From Pseudomonadota bacterium (GTDB taxonomy: Bacteria; Chloroflexota; UBA5177; JAJPKF01), in NCBI GenBank assembly GCA_021323865.1, contig JAJPKF010000025.1, forward strand, positions 128,355 through 192,354: a stretch of 64,000 nucleotides of DNA. Reading direction: 5' to 3'. Positions within the stretch are counted from its first letter, which is position 1, and the number at the start of each line of letters is the position of its first letter. Below, piece after piece: positions 27,072 through 36,336 of the stretch. The notes under the pieces were generated by a model, which had not been told where the DNA came from, made no database searches, and worked only from the letters and a program-made list of their open reading frames with translations. Position numbers and translations under genes: made by a program.

Positions 27072-29972
27072 ATGAATCGCCTCAGCCGCTGTCTCGTGGT
27101 TCTGGGCCTGGCGGCCCTCTACCCCGCGAGCATCTCCGTCGCCACTGCCTCGGCTCGCTCCGCCGCCCCGGCCCATCAGCGGGCCCTCGCCGCCCGCACC
27201 ATGATGCATGCGCTGCGCGCCCCCGCGCCACTGCAGCATCTCGCTCCGAACGCGTTCCGAGGCCGACCGGCTCTGCCCGCCCGGTTCCTGCGCATGCACA
27301 GCGCCACCGAGCAGCTCCACCGCACCTCCCTGTTCTCGGGCGCTCCGGCCAAGGCCGCCCTGCCCATCGCCGCGGGCTGGAAGGGAAGCCAGGCCCCACG
27401 GCCCGGATTTGCCCCTGACCCACAGGCATTTATGGAGGATCTGAGCTGCATCAGCGCCGGCAACTGCTGGGCGGCGGGCAACTACGCCGCCCCCGACGGC
27501 CTGGCGCCCAGCGTCTTCTATCACCTCTCGGGAGGCAAGTGGACCGACACCACGGCGCCGGTGCCCACGGGCGCCGTCATCAAGGGCCCGGTGGAAATTT
27601 ACAACCTGACCTGCACCAAACACGGCCGCTGCGTGGCCGTCGGGGATTACTACGATCGGCTCGCCAGCGACAGCAGCGACGGCGACAGCCAGGCCCTGAT
27701 CGAGACGGAGCAGAACGGCGTCTGGAAGGCGATCACCGCGCCGCTGCCCGGCAATGCCGACAAGCACCCGCAGGCCGCTCTCTTCAGCGTCTCCTGCCCC
27801 AAGATCAGCGCCTGTGTCGCCGTCGGCACCTATGGCTCCCACGGCAACCAGGTGCCCATGATCGAGGAGCGTTCCGGCAGCGGCTGGAAGGTCTTCGAGG
27901 CTCCCCTCCCCAACGGCGCGCTGGCAGGCAACGATTCCTTCTTGGACAGCATCGCCTGCACCTCGCCGGGCGTCTGCACGGCCGCCGGCGACTATGCCGG
28001 CCCCTCAAATCTCGGCGGCCTGATCGTCCAGGACAACCACGGCGTCTGGACCGCCACCGGCGTCACCGTCAACGGCGACCTGAACTTCGACGCCGTCGCC
28101 TGCCCGGCCGCCTCCCACTGCCTCACGGTGGGCGAAGAGTACAAGAACAGCGGCGCCACCGTGCCTTTCGCGGCCGTGCAATCCGGCACCAAATGGACGC
28201 AGGTGGTGCTGCCGCTGCCCACCGGGGTCAAGCCCAATAACTTCACCGACATGCTCTTCGCCGGCCTGAGCTGCTCCAGCGCTCATCAGTGCGTAGCTGC
28301 CGGCAACTATCTGAACAACAACGGCAACCCGTTCCCACTCATCGTGCTCGACACCTCCGGCATCTGGACCGATCCGGCGGTCACCGCGCCCAACGGCGCC
28401 GCCCTCAAGACCGGCTACCTGAGTGCCGTCTCCTGCGTCGACCAGTGTCTGGCCGTGGGCGAGTACCAGAGCCAGACCACGCCGCACGCCCTGCTCGTGA
28501 AGGTCTCCGGGGGCCACATCAGCGTTCTGCATCAGCCCACGCCTCCCGGTAACCGGGGGCCGACAACGCTGGACGCCGTGAGCTGCGTGGCGCACTTCAG
28601 CTGCGTTGCCGGTGGCTCCTATACCGACGCCAGCGACAACCTCCAGCTGTGGTTTGCCCAGAACAACGGTTCCACCTGGTCGGCGAGCGACGCCGCACTG
28701 CCCAAGGGCGCCGGAGCGCCCCAGGACCTCTGGCTCGTCAAGGTCGCCTGTCCCAAGACAGGCGCGTGCTACGCGCTGGGCACCAATCAGCAGCGATCGG
28801 TCTACGCCGAGGTCCTGCACAAGGGCAAGTGGTCGGCCCACTCAATTCCCATGCCTGCCAATGCCGGCTGGAACGCGCAGTTCAACATCACCGGCCTGGC
28901 CTGTCCGGCCGTGGGCACCTGCGTCGGAACCGCCATCTACATCAACGTCGGTAACACCGTCAAGTCCGAGATCATCTCGCTGAGCAAGGGCAAGTGGACC
29001 GCGACCACCTCACCGCTGCCCTCGGGCGTGGCCAAGACTGCAAGCATCGATCTGAGCAGCGTCGCCTGCCGCTCTGCCACCGCCTGTGTCGCCGCGGGCG
29101 CCTACGTTAGCCAGAAGCGGGAGCTGACGATGCTGGTCTCCGGGTCGGGCACCAGCTGGAAGGCCACCACGGCGCCGCTGCCGGCCAAGAGCCAATCGGC
29201 CATCGCCGGCTTCCTGCAGGCCATCGCCTGCTCGGCTACCGCCTGCCTGGCGGTGGGCGACTTCGAGGACAGTGGTAAGAACCTCGACCCGCTGCTGATC
29301 TCCGGATCCGGCACCCATTGGACGGCCAGCCAGCCGCCCATTCCCGCCGGCGGCGTGGGCAACTTCCGGCAGTTCTCCGCCCTCTTCGGCGTGGACTGCG
29401 GCGCCGGTGGCTGCGCGGCCACCGGTCTGTACATCGACGCCTACTCCAACCAGCTCGGCTTCCTGCTGGGCCAGGTTCACGGCAAGTGGGTCGCCACCCA
29501 GGCGCCCCTGCCCGGACGTTCTGCCGGGGGCGGCGTGATCTTCAACGCCATCTCCTGCCAGGCCTCCAACGGCTGCGCCGCCGTGGGCAGCTATCAGGAC
29601 GCCAACTTCAGCCTGCGATCGCTCATCGTCACCGGCTCGGGCAAGACCTGGAAGAATGCCGTTCCCACCTGGCCGGTCAAGCACGCGCCCCAGTCGATCC
29701 TCTACGCGGTGGCCTGTCCGGCCGCCGGGGCCTGTGTCGCCAGCGGCAACCACGAGGGCCCCAACGGATCGGCCCTGCCCCTAACCGTGACCCAGTCCGG
29801 ATCGAAGTGGAACGCGGCCGGCGGCGCCCTGCCTGCCGACGCCAGCACCTCCGGGAATCAGGACGCCGGTACGGTGTCCATCGCCTGCCCCTCGAAGACC
29901 ACCTGCGTGGCCGCCGGCCAGTACGTCGACAGCCACTTGGTGCTCCAGGGGCTCATCGAAACCAAGGGCTAA
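27072..29972 (+). CDS. secreted 966-aa Cys-pair repeat protein (paralogue 2)
   Basis: Signal peptide MNRLSRCLVVLGLAALYPASISVATASA; colinear with 22438-25425 (30/66 identities in a hand-aligned segment); same C-x(n)-C-[VA]-A-x-G-x-Y repeats. Confidence 0.85.
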   Translation: MNRLSRCLVVLGLAALYPASISVATASARSAAPAHQRALAARTMMHALRAPAPLQHLAPNAFRGRPALPARFLRMHSATEQLHRTSLFSGAPAKAALPIAAGWKGSQAPRPGFAPDPQAFMEDLSCISAGNCWAAGNYAAPDGLAPSVFYHLSGGKWTDTTAPVPTGAVIKGPVEIYNLTCTKHGRCVAVGDYYDRLASDSSDGDSQALIETEQNGVWKAITAPLPGNADKHPQAALFSVSCPKISACVAVGTYGSHGNQVPMIEERSGSGWKVFEAPLPNGALAGNDSFLDSIACTSPGVCTAAGDYAGPSNLGGLIVQDNHGVWTATGVTVNGDLNFDAVACPAASHCLTVGEEYKNSGATVPFAAVQSGTKWTQVVLPLPTGVKPNNFTDMLFAGLSCSSAHQCVAAGNYLNNNGNPFPLIVLDTSGIWTDPAVTAPNGAALKTGYLSAVSCVDQCLAVGEYQSQTTPHALLVKVSGGHISVLHQPTPPGNRGPTTLDAVSCVAHFSCVAGGSYTDASDNLQLWFAQNNGSTWSASDAALPKGAGAPQDLWLVKVACPKTGACYALGTNQQRSVYAEVLHKGKWSAHSIPMPANAGWNAQFNITGLACPAVGTCVGTAIYINVGNTVKSEIISLSKGKWTATTSPLPSGVAKTASIDLSSVACRSATACVAAGAYVSQKRELTMLVSGSGTSWKATTAPLPAKSQSAIAGFLQAIACSATACLAVGDFEDSGKNLDPLLISGSGTHWTASQPPIPAGGVGNFRQFSALFGVDCGAGGCAATGLYIDAYSNQLGFLLGQVHGKWVATQAPLPGRSAGGGVIFNAISCQASNGCAAVGSYQDANFSLRSLIVTGSGKTWKNAVPTWPVKHAPQSILYAVACPAAGACVASGNHEGPNGSALPLTVTQSGSKWNAAGGALPADASTSGNQDAGTVSIACPSKTTCVAAGQYVDSHLVLQGLIETKG

Positions 29973-29981
29973 GCGCAACGG

Positions 29982-30014
29982 ACGGGCAGGGGACATTACG
30001 TCCTCTGCCCGTCT
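29982..30014 (+). terminator. GC-rich hairpin downstream of paralogue 2
   Basis: GACGGGCAGGGGAC-attac-GTCCTCTGCCCGTC, 14-bp stem (one G-U), 10 nt after the stop; weak T tail. Confidence 0.55.
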
Positions 30015-30032
30015 GTTCGCCTGCGGCAGTTT

Positions 30033-30141
30033 GGCGGGGGCAGGGGGGATTCGAACCCCCTTGAACTCATTCGTTGGACTGGATGAAATGACTCTTGTCT
30101 CTGGGTTTCCCCAGCGGAGGAGCCGCTGACCGTTGCCCCCA
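30033..30141 (-). other. tRNA-like element (T-arm + acceptor + GCCA 3' end) that does not fold as a canonical tRNA
   Basis: Minus strand ends ...GGGGG-TTCGAAT-CCCCC-C-TGCCCCC-G-CCA; complementary GGGGGCA lies 109 nt upstream; interior has 6-bp hairpin CAGCGG/CCGCTG and GGGAAACCC but no D-arm or anticodon arm. Confidence 0.3.
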
Positions 30142-30260
30142 GGCAGAAAATCTATCCGGTTCCGCGCAGCTTTGGTACATCAGGTATAACGATACCCTCG
30201 CGTGCCTACGGGTGCCGCACCGCCAGATGTTCCGACAGTACCCGGCTAGAGGCCTCTCCG

Positions 30261-30947
30261 TCAATCGGCGCCGCATGAGCATGCGGCCCGACCGGCGCCT
30301 GCATTCTCGAATGCCTCGCGTGTCTCCGGAACAAGCCAGATGAGGAACAACAGCGCCGCCCCGGAGTCGGCCCACCACCAGCCGAACAGACTGCGCGCGC
30401 CGAGCCCGCTCAGCAAAACCGCCGCCAGGTAGGCGCAGGTCATGGAGCAGGCGGCATCCGCCCGGAGGGCGCCGCTGTTGATGCGGGCCGCGAGGCTCCG
30501 CTTCCGCCAGGCCAGCAGCGGCATCACGACCAGCGCCGCCGCCGCCAGCCCAATGCCCACCAGGGAAGGCGAGGGAGTGGAACGAAGCACCAGCGTTGCC
30601 GGCGCGGATGCCGCGATGTAGAGACACAGGAGCGCGAGGGCAACGGCCGTGATCCATGACGCGCGCCGTTCCCCCCGTTGCACCTGCGCGGTCTCTGTCC
30701 CACTGGCCTCGAGGCGAAGACGCCACAGCAGGGCGCCGCCGGAAACCAGCTCGACGACGCTGTCCAGACCAAACGCCGAAAGGATGACGCTGTGCGCGGC
30801 AATACCCGCTCCGATTGCGATGAGCGCCTCGACCACCATCCACACCACGGTGATGGTTTCGACGCGCACCCCCGCACGTACGTCTGCGGGATTGACCGCT
30901 GAGGGATTGACCGTGGTCTGGCCGGTGGCTTCAGCGGCCGCTTGCAT
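30261..30947 (-). CDS. cation-transporter-like membrane protein (CDF-type transmembrane domain only)
   Basis: 5-6 TM helices; VETITVVWMVVEALIAIGAGIAAHSVILSAFGLDSVVELVS resembles CDF TM1-2; start uncertain (30947/30983/31088). Confidence 0.7.
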   Translation of the reverse strand: MQAAAEATGQTTVNPSAVNPADVRAGVRVETITVVWMVVEALIAIGAGIAAHSVILSAFGLDSVVELVSGGALLWRLRLEASGTETAQVQRGERRASWITAVALALLCLYIAASAPATLVLRSTPSPSLVGIGLAAAALVVMPLLAWRKRSLAARINSGALRADAACSMTCAYLAAVLLSGLGARSLFGWWWADSGAALLFLIWLVPETREAFENAGAGRAACSCGAD

Positions 30948-31121
30948 ACTCCAGGCTACCGAGCGGCTTTCCCGCCGGAGCATCACCCGCCCTGCGGCGT
31001 CGAAGCGCGAATGGCCGGCAGTCGAGCCTTCGATCGGCGCTTCTGAGAGGAACCGGTACGCTCGGCCGCGGACCGAGCCGGCGGCCACGCGCTAGCAGGA
31101 TACACAGCCTCTGGGGGCTGC

Positions 31122-31580
31122 TCAGCCGTCCGCCGGCGGCTCCCACAGCTCGATCCGGTTGCCGTCGGGGTCCCGGATCCAGGCGAACCGGCCGTACTCG
31201 TGGTTCTCGCGATGCTCGTCCACCCACACCCCCTCGGCGCGGAGCCTCTCCAGCAGCCCGTCCAGGTCCTCCACGCGATAGTTGATCATGAACGGCGCGT
31301 CGCCGGGCGAGAAGTACGGCGTGTCTCGCGGAAATGCCGCCCACACGGTGGTGCCGATCCGTTCCGGGTCGTCGGCGTCCCGCCAGCGAAACATGGCCGT
31401 GCACTCGCTGGCGCCGCCCTCGCCCGACGGGTCCTCCAGCTCCACGCCCAGATGGTCCCGATACCAGCGGCCAATCGCCTGGGGATCCGACGCCTTGAAG
31501 AACACTCCGCCGATCCCTGTGGCCCCTGCCCGCCGTGTCCCGTCGGCGCCCTGGTCATCACTCACGGCCATCTCCTCCAC
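31122..31580 (-). CDS. VOC (glyoxalase) family protein
   Basis: IGGVFFKASDPQAIGRWYRDHLGV...GRFAWIRDPDGNRIELWEP single VOC domain. Confidence 0.85.
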   Translation of the reverse strand: MEEMAVSDDQGADGTRRAGATGIGGVFFKASDPQAIGRWYRDHLGVELEDPSGEGGASECTAMFRWRDADDPERIGTTVWAAFPRDTPYFSPGDAPFMINYRVEDLDGLLERLRAEGVWVDEHRENHEYGRFAWIRDPDGNRIELWEPPADG

Positions 31581-31596
31581 TCCTTCTCATGCCTGA

Positions 31597-32304
31597 TCAT
31601 CGCAGAGCCCGGATGGGGATGGCGATGACCGCCGCCAGCGTGAACCCGAGGCCCGAGTACAGCGTGAAGGGCAGGAACCGCGGCCGGGCGCGCGCCGTCA
31701 GCAGCAGGCCGCCGAACACCAGCGCGAAGACCACGGTGGACACCAGGCCCACCAGCACCCGGTCGAAGGCGTCGTAGGCCACGAAGGTCAGCGCCAGCAC
31801 CGCCGCGTTGGCCACCGTCACCCACACGTCGCCCCGCGTCATCGAGCCGTCGGGCCGCCGCCGCTCGACCAGCACCACCGCCAGGTTCGACAGCCCCAGC
31901 CCCACGAAGTAGGTGACGTTGCCGAAAAAGTAATCGTTCACGTACTCGCTTCCGCACGCGCCGGGGCGCACGTGATGGACGTCGCAAAAGCGGTTGAAGA
32001 GGAAGCTGGCCACCTCGTGCGCGGCGTTGCCGGAGGCGGCAAAGTAGGTGCCCAGGATGAAGAGGCAGCCCAGCGCCGCGCCACCACCGGCCGCCAGGAG
32101 CCGGAACCCATCCGACACCTCGCGAAGAATGAGGAAGGAGATGACCGTGCCCGCCGCCGTGATCAGGCCGATCTGCAGCGCCTCGTGCAGGTGCAGGAAG
32201 CCGTAGGGCTGCAGCAGGATGCGGGTGGTGGGCGAGACGCGCTCCACGGTGATGACGACCGTGATGAGCGATAGCAGCGTGATCAAGCGGTTGACCGGCT
32301 TCAT
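31597..32304 (-). CDS. hypothetical integral membrane protein (~7 TM)
   Basis: 235-aa ORF, hydrophobic throughout; family not recognised. Confidence 0.65.
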   Translation of the reverse strand: MKPVNRLITLLSLITVVITVERVSPTTRILLQPYGFLHLHEALQIGLITAAGTVISFLILREVSDGFRLLAAGGGAALGCLFILGTYFAASGNAAHEVASFLFNRFCDVHHVRPGACGSEYVNDYFFGNVTYFVGLGLSNLAVVLVERRRPDGSMTRGDVWVTVANAAVLALTFVAYDAFDRVLVGLVSTVVFALVFGGLLLTARARPRFLPFTLYSGLGFTLAAVIAIPIRALR

Positions 32305-32423
32305 CGCTGAACGCCTCCCCCGTTTCCCTGCATCATAGCCAGAAGGGCGGCCGGCCGGACACGCGAGCTCTGAAACAGGTTACGCTCCGGCCGCGTTTCC
32401 CAACCGACCGGCTTCTATAATTC

Positions 32424-32476
32424 CGGGAACGGCGATGGGGCTCGCCACAAGCGCCACACGGCTGATGGCTCCTGCG
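32424..32476 (+). ncRNA. fluoride riboswitch (crcB motif)
   Basis: GGAACGGCGATGGGGCTCGCCACAAGCGCC-ACAC-GGCTGATGGCTCCTGC matches the crcB-motif consensus (GGCGAUGG..CGCC..AA..GCC....GGCUGAUG.CUCCU); 14 nt upstream of crcB ATG. Confidence 0.85.
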
Positions 32477-32489
32477 GGAGGGGGTCGTC

Positions 32490-32864
32490 ATGCGCATGCT
32501 CGTCGGAGTGATGGTGGCCGGGGCTCTGGGCGCGGCTGTGCGCTACGGGCTCGACGGCGTGGTGAGCCGCAGGCTGCCCGGCGCCTTCCCCTGGGGCACG
32601 CTGGCGGTCAACCTCAGCGGCTGCCTGCTGGTGGGCCTGCTCTACACCCTGCTGGTGGACCGCTTTCGCGTCGATCCTGCACTGCGCACGGCCGTGATCG
32701 TCGGCTTCATCGGCTCGTACACCACCTTCTCGACGCTGATGCTGGAGAGCACGCGGCTCCTGCAGGACCGCTCCTATGCCCTGGCGCTGGCCAATGCCGC
32801 CGGCAGCGTCGTCCTGGGCCTGCTGGCCGTCTCCGCGGGCATCCTCCTGGCGAGGGCGCTCTGA
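32490..32864 (+). CDS. crcB: fluoride efflux channel CrcB/FluC
   Basis: 124 aa, 4 TM; GALGAAVRY..., FPWGTLAVNLSGCLLVG, GFIGSYTTFST. Confidence 0.9.
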   Translation: MRMLVGVMVAGALGAAVRYGLDGVVSRRLPGAFPWGTLAVNLSGCLLVGLLYTLLVDRFRVDPALRTAVIVGFIGSYTTFSTLMLESTRLLQDRSYALALANAAGSVVLGLLAVSAGILLARAL

Positions 32865-33060
32865 TGGCCGCCGGTTGGCCCTCTATGGAAGCGCGGCCCT
32901 GTTCGGACGCCCAACGCCGCCCGACAAGCCAGGTCATCCATGCCGTTATTCGCCCGCGGCACCAGCCGGGGCCCACGCCGCCGTGCCCTGAAGAGCGCGG
33001 CCCGTGCCGGGATATCTTCCCCTCGACGGGCGCTCCGGAACCGGACATGGGGCCCGGCTG

Positions 33061-33402
33061 ATGCGGTTCGAGGGTCCTGGCACCCTGCTGCGCATCTTCA
33101 TCGGCGAAAGCGATCGCTGGGCCGGCAAGCCCCTCTACGAGGCCATCGTCCAGGTCGTGCGCGCCGAGGGCCTCGCGGGCGCCACCGTCATCCGCGGCAT
33201 CGAGGGCTTCGGCGCCGATTCCCGCATCCATACCGCCCGCATCCTGCGCCTCAGCGAGGACCTCCCGGTCGTGGTCGAGATCGTCGACACGCCCGAGAAC
33301 ATCGAGCGCATCCTGCCCCGTCTCGACGAGATGATCGGCGAGGGCCTGGTCACCATCGAGCGCGTTCACGTGGTGTTCTATCGGAGCAGCCGGCCGGAGT
33401 AG
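33061..33402 (+). CDS. DUF190 domain-containing protein
   Basis: LLRIFIGESDRWAGKPLYEAIVQVVRAEGLAGATVIRGIEGFG...; family commonly linked to crcB. Confidence 0.85.
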   Translation: MRFEGPGTLLRIFIGESDRWAGKPLYEAIVQVVRAEGLAGATVIRGIEGFGADSRIHTARILRLSEDLPVVVEIVDTPENIERILPRLDEMIGEGLVTIERVHVVFYRSSRPE

Positions 33403-33686
33403 GCGCGCCCGGCGACTCGCAACCTCGCCAGTGGTGGCGTTGGTGTTCGCCGTTGCGAGTTCGCCGTGCCCGCCACCTGGATCAACTTGCGGCGCATCGC
33501 GACCCGACCCTGCCCGGCTCCGCGCCGAGGATGGTTTCCGAGCCGCGGTTCTCCGCTGCAGCGGCCGTAGGATGGATTTGCCGGCGGGCCTGGGCCCGGC
33601 TCGGTAAGCACCAGTTCTGCTGGCATGCGTCCCACCCTTGGCGGCCCGGTCGGTCCGGTTAGCCCGAGATCGCGTCCGAAAGCGGC

Positions 33687-34040
33687 CTAGCTCGGTTCGG
33701 CCACCACCTTCAGATCCGGAACTACCTCGAAGTGCCGCCGGTTGCGCGTGCAGAGCGGCAGACCGTTGCTGGTCGCGGTCGCCGCGATAACCGCGTCGGC
33801 GATCGCGATTCGTCGAGCGCGACGCAGCCTACCCGCCGCCTCTGCCACCACACGACCGATGGCCAGCTCGCGAAACGGAGCAAGCAGGGCGCGGATGATC
33901 TGCTCATCGCCCCCCGCGCCCGCGAACAGCTCGCAGCGGGTCAGGGTCGAGTAGAAGAGGCGGTTGTCCCTCGGCTCCAACCGGCGCGCACCTCGCAGGT
34001 GATCTACGAAGATGTCGGTGTCGACGAGCAGGTCAGCCAT
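33687..34040 (-). CDS. vapC: type II toxin, PIN-domain ribonuclease VapC
   Basis: MADLLVDTDIFVDHL...TLTRCELF...AIADAVIAATA...LCTRNRRHF, PIN acidic residues. Confidence 0.85.
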   Translation of the reverse strand: MADLLVDTDIFVDHLRGARRLEPRDNRLFYSTLTRCELFAGAGGDEQIIRALLAPFRELAIGRVVAEAAGRLRRARRIAIADAVIAATATSNGLPLCTRNRRHFEVVPDLKVVAEPS

Positions 34041-34254
34041 CGCGCTCCCACTCCTCACGCGCGGGCAGCTGCAGGCCGGGCATCGCTCCGAAAGTCGCCT
34101 CGAGGGCGGGCTCAACGCCGTCGCCGTTCGTCAGGTAGACGTCGACCGCTTCGCGAATGAGCTGTGCGAGTGTCCTGCCCGAGCGTTCGGACAAGGCATC
34201 CAGCTCCGCGCGCTGTTTCTGGGTGAGATAGATCTGCGTGCGTGTCGCTGCCAT
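34033..34254 (-). CDS. vapB: type II antitoxin, ribbon-helix-helix (VapB/CopG-like)
   Basis: MAATRTQIYLTQKQRAELDALSERSGRTLAQLIREAVDVYL; 8-nt overlap with vapC start; rest of the 399-aa track ORF is shadow. Confidence 0.75.
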   Translation of the reverse strand: MAATRTQIYLTQKQRAELDALSERSGRTLAQLIREAVDVYLTNGDGVEPALEATFGAMPGLQLPAREEWERDG

Positions 34255-34479
34255 ATACATCGCAGTATACAGCACATCGGCTCTTGGGCCCGCGGCGGCC
34301 GGAACGACTGAGATCCTGTGCTGAATCGTTCGCCGCCCGCCTGTCCCGATCGTTCGTCGGCAAGGTGGCCGATCGGGCTCCATGATTCGGCTGAGCCCAC
34401 GCATTCCTGTGGCGGTCCCGGACGACACTTCAGTCCCGGCACAATGCCACGGAAAGGACCAGCAGTGGGAGCATGACCC

Positions 34480-34932
34480 ATGGAGCGGACGCGCAAGGTG
34501 CTCGCCTATGTGACCCATGGGCGACGACTCCTCCTCTTCACCCACGCGAAGCAGCCGAGCGCCGGTATTCAGGTCCCCGCCGGCACCCTCCTCCCAGGGG
34601 AGGCCCCGGAGTACGGGGTGCTGCGCGAAGCCTGGGAGGAAACCGGCCTGGAGAGTCTCGCCCTCGGTGCCTACCTGGGTCGCCGGGATCGACCGGCAGA
34701 TGGCGAAACGGGGGGCCGCCAAGCCCTTCAGGAACGCCACTTCTTTCATCTCCTGTGTACGAACGAGCCGCCGGAGTCGTGGCGACATGTCGAGCGCCAT
34801 CCATCGGATGGCGGTCCGGCCATCCCCTTCGACTTCTTCTGGGCGCCCCTTCCTCGTGGCGTCCCGCCGCTGGCCGGCGATCACGATGCGCTGCTGCCCC
34901 GGCTGCTCTCGATCCTGAAGCTTCGAGGGTGA
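34480..34932 (+). CDS. NUDIX hydrolase
   Basis: Nudix box GTLLPGEAPEYGVLREAWEETGL. Confidence 0.85.
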   Translation: MERTRKVLAYVTHGRRLLLFTHAKQPSAGIQVPAGTLLPGEAPEYGVLREAWEETGLESLALGAYLGRRDRPADGETGGRQALQERHFFHLLCTNEPPESWRHVERHPSDGGPAIPFDFFWAPLPRGVPPLAGDHDALLPRLLSILKLRG

Positions 34933-34989
34933 GAGCCCAGGGAATCCGCTATATTCCGGGTGAAATGCGCCGCGCGAGCGCCTAGCCTC

Positions 34990-35658
34990 ATGACTCAATC
35001 CAGCCTTCCGCCGGCTTCCCGCGCCGGTCCCATCACCAGCCTGCAGGACGTCGAGGCGGCGGCCGCCCTGCGCGCCGGCATTGAGCCGGAGCTGCTCGCC
35101 AACGAACGGATCCTGTGGCTTGGCCGGCCCCAGGGCTCGATCTTCCGTCGCGACGACGCATGGCTGATTCCGTTCTCGCTGATATGGCTCGCGGTCGGCT
35201 GCGGAGGCTTGATCGCCGGCCTCAGCTCTCACGACCCCGGCGACCTAATCGCGGTCCCGTTTCTCGTCGTCGCCCTCTACCTCCTCGTCGGTCGGTTCGT
35301 CGTCAAGGCGATCCAGCGGCGGACGACCATCTATGCCGTCACCGACCACCGGGTTATCGAAAAGCACGGCAAGGCCTCCATGAGAACGCTCTCTTTGGCC
35401 CACGTGCCGTTGCTCGAAGTCAGCGACCGGCGGTGCCGCGGCGATGTGATCTTCGGTCGGGTGGACCGGGGCCGCCGGTCAAATCTGAACCTGGGCCTCG
35501 ATCTTCGCGCGGATATCGAGAACCCTATCGCCTTCTACGATGTGCCCGATCCCCGGGCTGTGGCCCAGCTGGTGGATGACGCCGCCCAGGCCCTCCGCGA
35601 GGCGCCCGCCCCGGATGAGCCCCGCTTCGGCGCCGGCTTCAGCCGTTCCCAACCCTAG
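34990..35658 (+). CDS. membrane protein with bacterial PH (YdbS/YdbT-like) domain
   Basis: ERILWLGRP...two TM helices...TIYAVTDHRVIEKHGK pattern. Confidence 0.7.
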   Translation: MTQSSLPPASRAGPITSLQDVEAAAALRAGIEPELLANERILWLGRPQGSIFRRDDAWLIPFSLIWLAVGCGGLIAGLSSHDPGDLIAVPFLVVALYLLVGRFVVKAIQRRTTIYAVTDHRVIEKHGKASMRTLSLAHVPLLEVSDRRCRGDVIFGRVDRGRRSNLNLGLDLRADIENPIAFYDVPDPRAVAQLVDDAAQALREAPAPDEPRFGAGFSRSQP

Positions 35659-35787
35659 TCGCGCTTACCCTCCCTCGAGGACTGCCGCAAAAGCTCACCG
35701 GCAGCGATAGCGGTGACTCCGCGGTCGTCCGCCGAACGCGCGCTACAGGTGCCGCCGCTGGTCTGCCCTCGGCCGTCCACCTCCGCG

Positions 35788-36336
35788 TCACCGCGGCCGG
35801 CCTCCCAGCCGGCGAACCCGCTCGATCCCAACCAACAGCCCCTTCGACCACGCCCAGTGCTCGTCGATGGTCTCCACGCGCCGTGATCCCGTCCACGGGT
35901 CGGCCGTGTAGACGTGCCGGCGATCCTGGCCGATGACGCAGCGGAAGTGGCCGTCGGCCGACCCCGGCGCCGAGAAGGAGAACAGGCCGATGAGCGGCCG
36001 GCCCCGGCGCAGGTAGCGCCACTCGTGCCACGCCTGATCGCGTGCCGACGTGCACAGAATCGTCTCGGCCGCCGTCTCGCAGCGCTGCTCCAGGAACCGC
36101 TCGAGGTCGGGCACGTTCGTGTAGCCGGCATAGCCCTGGCCGTATAGCGTGTCCTTGATGGTGTCGGCGGCCAGCTCGACGCCCGTCAGGTAGCGCAGGC
36201 ACATGGCCACGCACTCGGGGCCGCAGTTGTTCAGGCGGTTCTCGTCGGGACCGCCGTCGGCCGTCCAGTCGGCGAGCTGCGACCAGAACGGCCAGGGGCG
36301 CAGCTCGAGATGCCAGAAGGGGCGAAGATGCTTCAT
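35788..36336 (-). CDS. C39-like (papain-fold) cysteine peptidase, candidate lysin, last gene of phage-like operon
   Basis: NNCGPECVAMCLRYLTG (catalytic Cys context of Peptidase_C39_2-like proteins) and downstream DGHF; ATG overlaps upstream stop (ATGA). Confidence 0.7.
   Translation of the reverse strand: MKHLRPFWHLELRPWPFWSQLADWTADGGPDENRLNNCGPECVAMCLRYLTGVELAADTIKDTLYGQGYAGYTNVPDLERFLEQRCETAAETILCTSARDQAWHEWRYLRRGRPLIGLFSFSAPGSADGHFRCVIGQDRRHVYTADPWTGSRRVETIDEHWAWSKGLLVGIERVRRLGGRPR

Noticed and set aside
30033-30141. Canonical or selenocysteine tRNA
   Set aside because: At 109 nt it is too long. No D-arm and no 7-nt anticodon loop with U33 could be folded (the TCA triplets lack flanking stems). 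An extra C sits between the T-stem and the acceptor. It is kept only as a tRNA-like element.
30033-30400. tmRNA (ssrA) gene ending in the T-arm/CCA at 30033
   Set aside because: The acceptor would be G3-C70 rather than the G3-U70 needed for alanine charging. Only ~228 nt are available before the well-supported cation-transporter ORF ends at 30261. No tag-reading-frame or pseudoknot pattern was seen.
34033-35232. 399-aa minus-strand ORF
   Set aside because: Only the C-terminal 73 aa form an RHH antitoxin coupled to vapC. The remainder is antisense to the NUDIX and PH-domain genes.
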